From assembly GCA_035221665.1 (NCBI GenBank), contig CM069138.1:77934001-77998000 (forward strand): DNA of 64,000 bases, written 5' to 3'. The translations under genes and the position numbers were made by a program. The notes under the pieces were generated by a model. The model ran no database searches. It was not told the DNA's origin and was given only the letters and a program-made list of their open reading frames with translations. Source of the DNA: Okamejei kenojei. Lineage: Eukaryota. This document shows, one piece after another, positions 1-13,300 of this stretch (position 1 is the stretch's first letter; every line of letters starts with the position of its first letter).

Positions 1-755
1 CAAATGGCCTACCCCTTTTCATAAATTGTGACTCCTGGTTCTGGACTATCCCAACATCCAGACATTTGTTCCTGCATCTAGCCTGTCCAATCCCTCAAGA
101 ATTGTATATGTTTCTATGATATATCCTCTCATCCTTCTCAATTCCAGTGAATATAAGCCCAGTCGATCCATTCTTTCATCATTTCATTTCAGGAATTAAA
201 TTGGTGAACCTCCGATGCACTCCCTGAATAGCCGGAATGTCCTTCCTCAAATTAGGAGACCAAAACTGCACACAATAGTCCAGGTGTGGTCCCACCAGGG
301 CCCTGTACAACTTCAGTAAGATTTCCTTGCTCCTATACTCAAGTTCCTTTGCTTTGAAGGTCAACATGCCATTTGATTTCTTCACTGCCTGCTGTACCTG
401 CATGCTTACTTTCAGTGACTGTTGTCCAAGGACTCATTGCACCTACCCTTTTCCTAATCTGACACCATTCAGACTGAAAAAGATCTCGACGCCAAACGTC
501 ACCCATTCCTTCGCTCCAGAGATGCTGCCTGTCCCGCTGAGTTACTCCAGCATTTTGTGTCTACCATTCAGATAATAATCTGCCTTCTTGTTCTTGTCAC
601 AAAGTGGATAACCTCACATGTATCTACATTATACTCCATCTGCCATGCATCTGCTCACTCACCCAACCTATCCAAGTCACCCTGCAGTCTCACAGCATCC
701 TCCTCGCAGCTCACACCTGCCACCCAGTTTTGTGTCATCCGCAAACTTGGAGATG
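1..755 (-). mobile_element. CR1/HER1-like LINE fragment (RT C-terminal region), interrupted at 474-562
   Basis: Minus ORF 179..403 (LYRALVGPHLDYCVQFWSP) aligns by eye with the intact CR1 ORF at 49337..50275. Confidence 0.9.
474..562 (+). mobile_element. Short Penelope-terminal-repeat-derived element inserted in CR1
   Basis: Matches the pLTR-like end of the Penelope copy at 24596-24730. Flanked by the 10-bp direct repeat ACCATTCAGA (464-473, 563-572). Confidence 0.85.
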
Positions 756-1326
756 TTTTAAAAGGAAAGGAGAACGGATGAAGTAAATGAGCAATCATTT
801 GGGAAAGGGGAAATATCAGGGAGTGGGGCAGGGCAGGTTTTCATCTAAGCAAGGTGCATAAAACTATGTCTACTCAGTGACTGGAGAATGGGGCATGGTG
901 CTGTACTGCACTCTATTGACATCACGTGGAGATTGCAGAAAGGGATGAGGGGAAAAAAAGGATGAGAGGCAAAGTATGATTTCAGAAATAATGAGAAGGG
1001 CACATTTCTTTTTTAAAAGCACGGTAGTTAGGGTTGGAGAATTAGTTGAAAATGGAGAAACCCAAAATGAAGCTGAGCTTGAAAGAGTCTAACTCGTAGG
1101 TCCCACATTTTTCTCAGCAAGGGTTCAGAAGGCTTTCTTTTTCCCTAGACACAAAACACAAAAATATATATATTTCCACCATATATGATTTTTCTTGGTA
1201 ATGAGGATGCCAATTTTAACTAAAATTTAATTTTATTCTCCCACCATTGCATAGTTTGATAGCTGAGGGACAGAATGGGATGGTTTTGATGGAGAATAAA
1301 TATAGGCTCAGGTTCCCCTACCAACA

Positions 1327-1419
1327 GGTAGACAAATGTGCTGGAGAAACTCAGCGGGTGCAGCACTTTTAATAGGCAACGTTTTGGGCCAAAACCCTTC
1401 TTCAGACTGATGTAGGGTA

Positions 1420-1477
<58 letters not shown>

Positions 1478-1806
1478 GAAGAAAGGAGAAAGGGAGAGGA
1501 GTCAGAGGGCTGGGGGAGAGCTGAGAAGGGGAGGAGACAGCAAGGGCTACCGGAAATTGGAGAAGTCAATGTTCATGCCGCTAGGGTGCAAACTGCCCAA
1601 GCGGAATATGAGGTGCTGCTCCTCCAATTTCCGGTGGTGCTCACTTTGGCCATGGAGGAGGCCCAGGACAGAAAGGACGGATTCGGAATGTGAGGGGGGA
1701 GTTGATGTGCTGAGCCACAGGGAGATCAGGTTGGTTAATGCGGACCGAGCGAAGGTGTTCGGCGAAACGATCGCCAAGCCTACGCTTTGTCTCACCAATG
1801 TAGATC
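1327..1806 (-). mobile_element. Penelope-like element 3' fragment (GIY-YIG C-terminus plus terminal repeat)
   Basis: Minus ORF ends ...SVLGLLHGQSEHHRKLEEQHLIFRLGSLHPSGMNIDFSNFR, the same family as 24596-25914. Confidence 0.9.
1420..1476. repeat. Poly-G homopolymer inside the Penelope terminal region
   Basis: Uninterrupted G run; its length may be a sequencing artefact. Confidence 0.9.
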
Positions 1807-4015
1807 TATTTTTCTTTCTTCCCTGAAGACACATGCTCAGATTTAACATATTAATTGACCATTTGCAGTCTGATTATAGTTATCTTGTACTACAAATAAA
1901 CATTGACAATTATTCATTAACAAAACCTTCTGATCATCCTCATTGCATCCTCGGTATTTTAGTATACTACAGATTATATACGATTATCAATAATGCAATT
2001 GTGTTTCACTACATTTAACATAGGAATGCTAAAATGAAAGGAGACTATTTCTGGCTCTGTGATAAGTTAATATGTGTCACTTTTTGTTGCTTCTTATACT
2101 TTTATCTCAGATTCGTCAATAATTATCCAGTACTTTGAAATGGGTAATTAATTTAACATGCATTGCTAAGTTTTTCACAATACACTCTTTTAGGTAGAAA
2201 AATGTATTTTAAAAGTTATTAACTAAATCACTGGGTTGTTAAAATTAAATAATTTAAATTAATGGACAAATGGAATGAAGAAACTTCAATTTAAAAGACT
2301 GGATTATATTGCTAAATGTAGGATGCAGTGATGTGTATAGATTGAAATTAGGTTTCACGGATAATGCACAAACCCTGCTTACCCTTTTTATTTGCTCTAC
2401 ATCTCCTCTCCCAGAATTGGAAAATTGCAACAGTTTGCAGGGGTTTATAAAGTTCCAAAGGGGCAGGGTCATTGAAGCTTTTGATAACAAGGAGAACAGT
2501 TTTAACACTGAAGCCTTGCTGGAAAATATAATTCAGAAGGTCCGATGGGTTTGGGGTGAATGGGACCATGTGAGTTGGGATATGTGAAACAAAGATTCAG
2601 ATGAACTGAGTTTCTGAGAGGCTGCTGGATGCAAGGTCAATCAGCAGAACGATGGAAAATAATTGAATCCAGCAATGTTAAAGATAAAAATACGTATTTC
2701 AGTTTATCAGTTTCAATTTTGGGCTAAGAAAGCCATCTGTTTCAATGGCTAAGAAACACACCCTGAACTACCCGAGAATTTAATAAAGAACACAAATGCA
2801 TGAAATAATTTTAGACACAAGGAACTGCAGATGTGAGTAACTCAGCGGGTCAGACAGAAGTTTTATGCATTTTTGGACCGATCTAGTACATTCTAGCTGA
2901 CATTGGCTCAAGATTTCATTAAGTCCAAAGATTTCTGATTTACCATCCAGCTGTGTTTAAGAGAAGTCTGCCTGGTGGCTTTTTTTTTAGAATTATTACA
3001 TTTGTACAGCAACAGAAAAAGCCCAAAAAATGTTAGGTGAGAAAATTAGATGTTATTTGTTAGCTAAATCAGGAAAATAATGATTTATGCTAAGGTGTAC
3101 TGGAACTGAGTAATCCACACTTATAACGACATGATTAAACAGACTCAGCTATTGAAGTAGACAAACACTGCAACAAAAAAAAAATTCTTGTGGAATGATA
3201 TGCAAACTATAATAAACACAGAGTCTTCCTTTTGAGGCATGCAATGCTCCAGTGATGAATTACTGGGACTTCTGCCAAGCTGACATCAAGCTTGTGCTGC
3301 AATTTACCTCCCTGAAGTCTTTAGTCTAACTCTGTATGACATTCCAGACACTTCCCATGCCCTAGTTCTCATACTTCAATATATAGTCAATACTAGAAGC
3401 AACACCTCCTTCCTACCTCAAGTAATTTGTCTTCACTTGTGGATTTTGCCGGTTTTTAAATCGGCTTCAGAAGAAAGAGTGTCATTATAAAATAACTCTT
3501 GCCTTCATGCTGTGACTGAAAGTCTCTGTGGAAGCAATTAAGAAGATAGGACTGCAGAATGTTCTGATTTAGTATTAACAAATCATTTCCCTCCACCCTC
3601 AAGTTTTATTTAACTTTTTTTTTATTGTTGAGAGTTCAAATGCTTTTTTTTGTAATTGGTTTTGAATAACGTTCCATTCAGAATGGACAATAATCTTACA
3701 AATATTAAGCTATTTCAGTTAACCTAGTGTTGGAATCTGGATTTGGAGTCTGGATTTGGCAATGGATTTCAAATTATTCTCATGTAATGAATATTGACTG
3801 CAAGACTGGAATTGATTTTTGTCATTTTCAGCACAGGATCTGAAGGAGTCATGACTGCTCATTAAAGTAGAAAATGTGATGCTGATCAATATCTACTTTT
3901 AACAGCAAGTACTAACTAATTTCCAGTGAGTATTCCACTGTCAATTTCATTTCACATCATGTAAAGGAGGGCAAGAACGTGAGGGTCACCTCTGCTCAAT
4001 GGCCAGCCCATTGGA

Positions 4016-4137
4016 AGAGTCTCAACCTGAAACGTCACCCATTGCTTCTCTCCAGAGATGCTGCCTGTCCCGCTGAGTTACTCCAGCTTTTTTTGTCTAT
4101 CTTCGGTATAAACCAGCATCTGTAGTTCCTTCCTACA
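4016..4137 (+). mobile_element. Short Penelope-derived element
   Basis: GAAACGTCACCCATT...GAGATGCTGCCTGTCCCGCTGAGTTACTCCAGC; flanked by CATTGGA at 4009-4015 and 4138-4144. Confidence 0.85.
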
Positions 4138-5324
4138 CATTGGACATCCCGCATTCTTTGAGTACTTAAACCTCACATGCTCATTCCAAATCAGAGAAAA
4201 TATACATTTTATGATTTTTGACATTTAACAAATTTTAATTAACCATAATATTAAACATTTATTTGCATGAGAATTGATCTAGGAGTTATACGATTTACTC
4301 CTACACAAGAACATAGATTTAATTTCCATCTCAATGCACTGGAATCACAGCTTATATCTGTATAAACAGATTCAATTAACCATTTAGAAAATATTCAATG
4401 TCATAAACCTTCCTCATACAACACAACATCAAAAGTGTACAAAATTGTACAAATAAATCAAAACTGATGGTTTAATCATTTAACCAGGAATATTATAGTT
4501 TCCATATCAAAAGGTTTCATTGACAGTACTCTTGCCTTCAAGTTCAGTATTCATGGCTTCAAACCACAATCCAGATTGCTGAGTATTCAATTAAAATTAT
4601 TAAATCTTACTGCCTCTAAATAAATCATTTTACACAATGCACTTGTGAAAGGCTTGGAATTATTACCCAATTATTCCCAGCATCCTTTCTCTTCCCAATA
4701 CAAAAAAAGCAACATATTTTGAGAACTCTTTCAGATAAAACATTTCAATATTGTAGCAATCTGGACAAAAAAATATTTTCTTACCTCCTCCCTCACAAAA
4801 TTTAAAAAAAGCATTATCGTGTTTTTTAAATATATAAAAATAATATGACGAGCAGGACCTGGCTACAAGCAATTCATCTGTCTACACATTGTAGTAAATC
4901 TGTCAAATATCCCTTGAAGCCACAATCTCCGACATCACAGCCAGATAACAACAGTCTCACTGCAGGGATGAGGGATAGAGCTTGCTGATAGAGATGAGGC
5001 ATTCAATGGTTCATAACTATTTCTGGAGAGATTTTATACGTTGAGTCCAGGTGAGCCCAGAGCACATACATAAGATCTGGTAAAGATCACCACACAACGA
5101 TGCATCGTCAAAAGGAATCTAATATCTCACAATTAACAGCAAGGTGAACTTTACAAACATATATAATAATAATACTGCTTTTCCAATAATACTGCTTTTC
5201 CAGAATGACAGTGACAGGTACACCCGCAAATACCCATGGACCCCCAACACCCAAAGAAACTCTTACTTAGCACAACCATCCTGCCACGGTAAATATTTGA
5301 CCACTTATCCCAATCTTCCATATT

Positions 5325-5478
5325 GAAGGATAAAGTTGCAGGTCTGGACCTTTCTTCAGACCCGACACAAAACATCACCCATTCCTTCTCTCCAGAGATG
5401 CTGCCTGTCCCACTGAGTTCCTCCCATGTTGTGCCTACCTTTGGTTTAAAGCAGCATCTGCAGTTCCTTCCTACACAT
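5325..5478. mobile_element. Short Penelope-derived element with a partial inverted arm
   Basis: Reverse arm (GACCTTTCTTCAGAC) joined to a forward arm (AAACATCACCCATTCC...CTGCAGTTCCTTCCTACAC). Confidence 0.75.
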
Positions 5479-5849
5479 CTCACATACTGGGAGCTCTCAG
5501 CTTTCATTAATTTTGCAAGGCCCAGGCTAGCATTAACTACATTCAAATGCCCACAAGGACTTTCTCAACAATACTGAGCTGTTCATCAACCTCCCCCATC
5601 CAGGTAGTAATTGACCACAATAAGATTTTATTTCCTTGGATCTTGAACCTCTTCTGCATTTTATATCGAGTGCATTGCCTTATACATTTAGCGTTGCTGT
5701 GAGAATCTTGGGATGCAAGGATACTCACTACTTATCAATCGTCTATCACTCATATCTCTTCACGTTTGCCCATTTACCTTCATTACCTGTAATCCATTTC
5801 CCTGGTCCCATTAATTAAATGTCTAAATGCATTATCTTGCTGTCTCTTG

Positions 5850-6178
5850 CTGGAAGGCATATTAACTCAATACTCTAAACAAAACACTCCATCTATATTG
5901 ATGGCGCTGAAGCTTTACATTTCTAGGAATAAATATCACCAGTGATTTGCTTGACCAGCTACATCAAAGCTGAAGCCACGAAGCAAGCTTTATCTGGGCA
6001 CCATGGAGGGCTTGATAGTATTCATGTATAATCTTTTCTTTAGCTGGACAGCGCAAAAACAAAAGCTGTTTGCTGTACCTCGTGTACATGCGACAATAAC
6101 AAACCAAATCAAAATACACTAAACTAAAAAACAAAACCAAACTAAACTGAACAAAATTAAACTAAACTAAACCAAACA
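5850..6178 (+). mobile_element. Degenerate Rex1/Babar-like LINE remnant with a (CTAAA)n tail
   Basis: 3' motif AAAAGCTGTTTGCTGTACCTCG...ACAATAA followed by CTAAA/CCAAA repeats; a similar tail occurs near 24140-24185. Confidence 0.55.
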
Positions 6179-6596
6179 CTGTATTCAAAGACAATTCTCC
6201 TTGATTAAAGAGCTGGGAGGATCTCTCTAATGCCACAACGAGGAGTAAACTGAGACAAAGGGAAAATATCAACATCAGTCACCAGGAAAGATCATGAGAT
6301 GAGGACATTGAGAATTGCCATGACCTTGACCTCCAAATAAGAGCAGTTTGTGCTCAAGAGGACGGTTGAAGGCCACCTCACAGAATGCCACATATCTCAG
6401 TGATGACAGCAATTGAAAAATCATAGCAGTGCGCACATCGCTCCTAAGAGAGGCCAAGGTAGCTCTTTATGGATAGGGATGTTGCATGTGCACATTTCTG
6501 TGCTTCCTGAACAAGGTCTCTGACCCATTTGAGTCACTTGTAATGTCTTGCTTAAACTTCCACTCAAACGGTGCAGTCACTAGTTTGACCAGAGTT

Positions 6597-7052
6597 TTAA
6601 GTTTCAGTTTTGGAGATACAGCACGGAAACAGGCCCTTCTGCCCACCGGGTCTAAGCTGACCAGCGATTCCNNNNNNNNNNNNNNNNNNNNNNNNNNNNN
6701 NNNNNNNNNNNNNNNNNNNNNNNNNNNNNNNNNNNNNNNNNNNNNNNNNNNNNNNNNNNNNNNNNNNNNNNNNNNNNNNNNNNNNNNNNNNNNNNNNNNN
6801 NNNNNNNNNNNNNNNNNNNNNNNNNNNNNNNNNNNNNNNNNNNNNNNNNNNNNNNNNNNNNNNNNNNNNNNNNTACCAAGCCAAATTACCTATATACCTG
6901 TATGTCTTTGGAGTGTGGGAGGAAACCGGAGTACCACGCAGGTCGCGAGGAGAACGTACAAACTCCGTACAGACAGCACCCGTAGTCGGATCGAATCCGG
7001 GTCTCCTGCACAGCAAGCGCTGTAGCAGCAACTCTACTGCCATGCCACCGTC
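6597..7052 (-). mobile_element. HE1-type tRNA-derived SINE spanning the assembly gap
   Basis: B-box-like GATTCGATCC on the minus strand; CR1-like tail GGGCCTGTTTCCGTGCTGTATCTC; aligns with the copy at 14381-14695. Confidence 0.85.
6672..6873. other. Assembly gap (202 N)
   Basis: Run of N. Confidence 1.
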
Positions 7053-7332
7053 ACTTAGATTGAAGATAAATAATTAAATGCTGCAACTAATACACCATTG
7101 TAGTTTGACTGTGGGAGACATTTCACTAGTCTGCAGTACATTTAAGAATTGCCTTATGAAGCATCCTGACATCAACAGAAATGCCCTTCGAGTGGCATCT
7201 CAATGAAGAACACAGTGCCCTTTTCCCCTTGTTTTTCTTTGAACATTGAATGAAAATCATTCACAGGATCTGGGCTCTAAGTTATGCCAAGAACATTTGA
7301 AATATATATTCGCCCAACAAATGACATATTTC

Positions 7333-7415
7333 AGATAGACGCAAAATGCTGGAGTAACTCAGTGGGGCAGGCAGCATCCTTGGAGAGAAGGAATGGGTGA
7401 TGTTTTGGGTCGAGA
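7333..7415 (-). mobile_element. Short Penelope-derived element
   Basis: AGATAGACGCAAAATGCTGGAGTAACTCAG...GGGTGATGTTTTGGGTCGAGA. Confidence 0.8.
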
Positions 7416-7479
7416 ATTTAGGTGTGCATCTGATGCCAAGAGAGTGCTAAAGTGGATTACTACTTGAAATGCCTGGTCC

Positions 7480-7792
7480 AGTTTTAGTTTTAGAGTTACA
7501 GCATGGAAATAAGCCCTTTGGTCCACCAAGTCCACACGAGACATTGATCACCTGTTCACATTCTACATTATCCCACTCTCTCATCCACTTCCTACACACT
7601 GGGGTAATTTACAGAGGCCAATTAACTTTCAAATCTGCACATCTTTGAAATGTGGGAGGGCACTGGAGTACTAAGAGGAATCCTATGCCGTCACAGTGAG
7701 AACGTGCAAACTCCAGACAAAAAGCACCCAAGGTCAGGATTGAACCCAAGTCTCTGGCGCTGTGCGGCAGAAGCTCTACCAGCGATGTCACT
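7480..7792 (-). mobile_element. HE1-type SINE (older copy)
   Basis: Minus-strand B box GGTTCAATCC and a CR1-like 3' tail with TAAAAC repeats. Confidence 0.8.
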
Positions 7793-10072
7793 AAGCCAAG
7801 CTAATTACACAACTAGCACAATTTCAACCAAATATTACTGCTCACGTGATTTACTCCAAGTTGAATTGATTTTGGATTTGATTGTGCGAGACAAAAATTG
7901 CAATCCAATTTCTGGGCCACCAACAGAGCTTTTGTCAGTGAAATCAGAAAAGCAAAATTGTTTATGGTGCCATAGCAGATTCCTCTTCTTTCATTCATGT
8001 GAATGTAATGTTGACAAACAGGGGAAAGATCAACAGAAGGGCACATTGAATCAACCATCAGCATTAGTTTAATCCTCCAGCCTTGGCATCGATTGCCAGG
8101 GATAATGTCACAGTTAATATTCTTTAAATCACAAGATCGCATTCAGAAACAGTTTATTACACTTCTTTGTTGTTGTTGCTACATGGAGCAAATAGAAACT
8201 GACATATTCAACTATCCAACATTATTTCATCATAATTCATGAAATAATTCATCAAAAAAGTACATTATTGATTCCTTAATAAAAAAAATTGGAAGATTTC
8301 TGTAACTGATAATTGAAGATGATTTATTTAACTCAATACTCCACAAGCAGAATTAGCAAGTCAAGAGGCTGATTTTTCAAAATTATGCCCATATCAAGAT
8401 ATGATTCGTTAAATTTGTTTAAATGTCAGACTCTACAGAGGTCTCAGTAGTTGTTCTGAGGTCTTTGAAGATGTCAGCAGGGGTGATCTGCCTAGCTCAT
8501 ATAAATATTGCAGAATGTATATATCAGCATTTCGCACTTCTGCCATAGGTAAATTTTACCTCTCTGTAATCTTATCCTCAGACTGGGCTCAGTGTTGGAA
8601 ATGTTCATGGGACTTATTATACTGGTGCCCAACTGTTGAATTTATGCCACAATTATCTTAATTCCAGCAATGTACACTTTCAGCTGAAATACATTTGAAA
8701 GCAAGATTTATGAGACCACTATCTCTTACTGCACATTTTAAGACATAATTGCAGATGATTAGATATGTATGAGAAATCCTTTACTGCGTAAAGGCAAGGG
8801 AATTAAATAATAACAAAGGGATTTGTCAGGTTTGTTAATGATATTGCACTCATTGATGGTACAGAGACAATTATGACCTAAGGTGATTTTATTGTAAAAC
8901 ATTGATTGCGTTGCTGCTGATATCTTAGAAAGATAAGAGAGGGTTTTTGTTTAAATATCCCATCTGAGATAGGTACTTTGCCAACATTATCTCTACTCCC
9001 TTGCACTGAGCAAAATGAGAATATAATTCAGTTTTCCCCCAGGCTGTAAATTCAATCTTGTTTCTTTTAATGGAAGTTGTAAATTTGGAACTCTGTCAAA
9101 GTTCTCCCAATGAACTTGAGAAGCAAACAATGATACTTGCTTCACAATTGATACCTTTGGCTTACTCTGTATCGGATCATCTGCCCTCTTGGGTGATCGC
9201 AAATGATCCTATGCTACGAGATAGAGTCCTACCCATCTCCTGGCCTGTACTAAACCTACAACCAACACCCTAGTGATAATTCAAGTTTTGCCCTTTGTGG
9301 AATCTTGCTGCACATGCAATCATTTAAGTGGAATAAACATAATATATATTTTTTAATTTTGAAGATCTGTTGAACATCCTGAGGACATAAGTTTTTTATT
9401 CGATAAAATATTATTTTAACATTGGATAGGTAAGCATACTTTGCACAATTTTAACTCTGCATGTCGAATATCTCTGATATAATGATACAAGCAATCTTTG
9501 TTGTGTTTATATTCTCCAATGAATCCAAATTATAATACAAATTAATGTGCAATCCTGTATGCATTAGAGTTATGTTTAAGAAGACATATTTTGTTGCAGT
9601 GTTGAAATGAAATGAGCAAGAGGTCATTGCTGCCAATGCTGAAAGTGTCATCAGACAAGATTTGATGAGCACATCTAACAAAATCAGTGAGGCAAATGAT
9701 GAATCACCAGGCAGCCATGAACAAATATTGATTTTTCTCCTTTGCCATCAGAAAATTTTAAATGAAACACAAAGTATGCAAATTATAGTTCTGATTAAAG
9801 TAAAGATGAATAATCTAATGTTAATTCAATTATATGTCTTCTCCCATTTACCTCAACACAAGGTAATCATAAGTATATATGCCGGATTGCACAAGACTCA
9901 AGTTCTGTTGATCGACACAGTAAGCAACACTGAAAGTCAAATATAAAATGGAATAAAGCAACAAATTGGTTGAAGGATTCTTTGGTTGGATAAATGTAAA
10001 AAATATTCAAAAAATAGAACAATAATCACTGACATAGATTTTAAAGGAATGATCCTCTGGATGTACTGAACT

Positions 10073-10385
10073 GCACAGTGGTGCAGCAGTAGAATTACTG
10101 CCTTACAGCATCACACATCTGGGTTTGATCCTGACTACAGGTGCTGCCTGTAAGGAGTTTGTACCATCTCCCTCCCACCACATGTTTTGTTCTCCAGATG
10201 CTCTGGTTTCCTGCCACACTCCAAAAAGGTATAGGTTCGTAGCTTAATTGGCTTCTGCAAATTGTAAATTGCCCGTAGTGTGTGTGTGTAGGATAGTGTA
10301 AGTGTACAGGTGATTTCTGGTCAGCACGGTCCTGGCGGCCTAGAGGGCCTGTTTCCACACTGTATCTCTAAAGTAAAGTAAAACT
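10073..10385 (+). mobile_element. HE1-type SINE
   Basis: A-box-like TGGTGCAGCAGT, B-box-like GGTTTGATCC, tail GGGCCTGTTTCCACACTGTATCTCTAAAGTAAAGT. Confidence 0.85.
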
Positions 10386-11904
10386 TTAAAGTATAATGAA
10401 GGTCCTATTTATTTAGCATGATGCGGCAATATGTCCAAATTATATTTCAATCAGGAAATTCAGTTTGGTCCATCCTCTATTAAGTTCCAACAGATTAGAA
10501 AGTAGAAAACTGGCAGGCTTACTTTCCAATTATTTTCCGTCCCATTCAATTCACATTGTCTATGCATTTAAATGTGTTCTAAGTTGATCCGTAAATGTTC
10601 TCTCTTGTTCTACAAATAGAAATTCCCATGAAATGATGATACTACACAGGAATGGACTTAATTAAAATAATCTTTGTAATCACATTGTGAAAATAATCAC
10701 AAACAAATGCTTTGTTTGTTTGTATGCACTGCCTCTGCCCGTTAATGAAGCTGCTAATTATTTCACTCATTTATTTAGACAGGTTAACACAATTATTGTT
10801 TCTTGAGGCAGGTGCCCACTTTTCAAAACTCATGTGATACATGCAGAAACTATCTACAATCACGATATATTTTCCAAGCTTATTTTGATTCTTTTCAGAA
10901 TAATGGTCATAGAATTGATCTTTTGGGTAAATGCCAAGGTTCCTGTCTGATTACACATGTGACTATCATTGTACTAGTATTGAAAAAGAAGTAATGGTGA
11001 CATGACCAAGTCCTTAAAATCTAGCTTCATAATTTCAAATTGCTATGAAAGGTTAATGTAGCAGTAACTGTGACTGTTTGACAGATTCATTTGATGGTTT
11101 GAATTTTCATTTATCTAACCATGCTGTGCCTCAATAACATCAGGTCAATCTGCTGATGTCAGCGAAGTTGAGATTGTCAGTTCAATGTGAATTTATATGC
11201 AAGGAAAAGTGGCAAATCCAATGGCCTGCCAATCTGTTCCGAGTTTATCTTTGGAAAGCTATCTGCTCAACGCAGCATGTAACCTTTAAGCTTCAGTCAA
11301 TTTGAATGTGGTCTGACTCTCATGCAAGCATAAGAGGGTCTCTCTGCATGAACTAATTGTGTAATGTAAAGCTTTGGAAACTTACAATTATAAATGGTGT
11401 AAAAAAAGACCAATCAGGCGAGTCCGATAACGTTGACAAACCCTGACAGAATCTCTGTGATTCATCAAATGCTATGTTTGGCTGTATCGATTCTGGAGTA
11501 TCTTTGGTTACAGAATTTCGATGTTCTAACTTAAGAATTATCTTATCTTTTCTTCGAGTCTCTTAACTTGATTTCTCTGTGCATTGAACGGCATAGTGGC
11601 ACTGTGGTAGAGTTGCTACCTTACAGCGCCAAAGACCAGGGTTCAATTCTGACAACGAGTGCTGCCTGTATGAAGTTTGTACGATCTCCCCGTGACCGCG
11701 TGGGTTTTCTCTGGGTGCTCCGATTTCATCCTACACTCCAAAGATGCACACGTTTGTAGGTTAATTGGGTGGCACGGTGGCGTAATGGTAGAAGTACTGC
11801 CTTACAGAGGCAGAGATCCTGGTTTTAGTTTTCAAGGTTTGAAGGTTAGTTTATTGTCACATGTACCAGTTAAGGTACAGTGGAATCTGAGTTATAGTAT
11901 TTAT

Positions 11905-12115
11905 TTTTGAGGTACAGTGCTGAAACAGGCCTTTCGGCCCACCATGTCCATGTCAACCAGCCATCACCGTACCCTAACACTATCCTACATACACTTGGGC
12001 CAATTTTTTACAATTTTACCACAGCCAATGAACCTACAAACTTGTACTTCTTTGGAATGTGGGAGGAAACCAAAGATCTCGGAGAAAACCCGCGCAGGTC
12101 ACTGGGAGAACGTAT
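11905..12115 (-). mobile_element. 5'-truncated HE1-type SINE nested inside another SINE
   Basis: GAAACAGGCCTTTCGGCCCACC...GGAGGAAACCAAAGATCTCGGAGAAAACCC; aligns with 14381-14695. Confidence 0.85.
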
Positions 12116-12116
12116 A

Positions 12117-12195
12117 AGTCTGAAGAAGGGTGTCGACCTGAAACGTCACCCATTCCTTCTCTCCAGAGATGCTGTCTGCCCTGCTGAGTTATTCC
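12117..12195 (+). mobile_element. Penelope-derived fragment with a near-intact hammerhead core
   Basis: GTCTGAAGAAGGGTGTCGACCTGAAACGTCACCCATTCC. Confidence 0.85.
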
Positions 12196-12639
12196 AATTG
12201 GCTTGGTAAAAATGTAAATTGCCTCTAATATAGTGTGTTAGTGTGCGGGGATCGCTGGTTGGTGTGGATTTGGTGGGCCAAAGGGCCTGTTTCTGTGCAG
12301 TATCTCTAATCTAAACTGAAGAACTACTGAATTTATGTAACTACATAGATCATCTTATTTTTACTGGGTATGTATTAAAATTTCTCATTGTTTGTACTAG
12401 CATTAACCACGTGTATTTTAGGTATTATCATGAAACACATGAGGTCCAGGTTGTTACTAATATTAGAGTATTAGTTTTCTCATATTGGTACTAGTACCAA
12501 TTGCTCCCTATTGCAATTGCAATATTGTTCTTTCCCCTCAGAAAACTGGACAAGATACCATCCTGGAAATACTTAAACATGCCATGATGCTACAGGTGCA
12601 TAACAGACCAATGCATATAGTCTGCATAGGGACCGATTG

Positions 12640-13300
12640 TTAAACCACTGCTCAGGTGAACAAAGACCTCCATTGTTTCATGAATTTTAGGTGGCAGGTA
12701 CTTTGAATTTGGGTTGGGCTCATGACGGGGCATAAGTGGTCGAGGATCTGAGGGAATCCCACAGGAAGTATACAGTAAAATAAAAGTTGGTCAATCCAAA
12801 ACCAGGACCAGGGTTGCATGAGAGAGGGGCTTGAGTGTGGGGTGAAGGCCATTAATTGGAGGTAGAGCATCATAAAGCTGGAGGTCGGGGCACTGCTAAC
12901 ATTTGAGGAGGTAGGTGGAGCAGGCATGACTGGTGAATTGGGGATCGGGAAGTGGTGGTCTGGGGTGAGGCAAGTGAAGAGTTTAGGACCTCCAGTTGAT
13001 AAAGTATAAGAATTGGTGTATAGATATAGGGATAGGTTTAGATGGTTGGAACCTGGTTTGGAGAGATCAATGAATGAGGAATGGGGAATCAAATAAGGCT
13101 CATGAATTTCTGAGTGAAGGTATTATTGGGAAGGGCAGTGGGGAGTTAAAAGGAGGGAAGAATAATAGCTAAGATGAAAGGGAATGTCGTGAGTGGGGTG
13201 CCCAGGGCAGGTAGGGAACTGCTGTGGTTCTGCCCTGTGAAGAAATCCCACCTGAACCAACTTCTTTAGCACAGGGAATGTAATTGTTACATATGCATTC
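12640..13300 (-). mobile_element. Ancient LINE remnant, possibly L2-like
   Basis: Strongly purine-skewed plus strand; the minus translation is Pro/Ser-rich with a PDHH resembling the APE SDH motif; heavily degraded. Confidence 0.35.

Larger units (their letters stand above)
11589..12317 (+). mobile_element. HE1-type SINE interrupted by a composite insertion (11769-12195)
   Basis: Head with GGTTCAATTC; the body resumes at AATTGGCTTGGTAAAA (12196); tail GGGCCTGTTTCTGTGCAGTATCTCTAA. Confidence 0.85.

Noticed and set aside
1420-1476. Long poly-G as a functional G-quadruplex element
   Set aside because: It is an expansion of the short G tract in the Penelope terminal region, and homopolymer length is unreliable.
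5168-5202. Short tandem duplications (also near 3731-3759 and 50733-50778)
   Set aside because: Ordinary slippage or repair duplications with no further structure.
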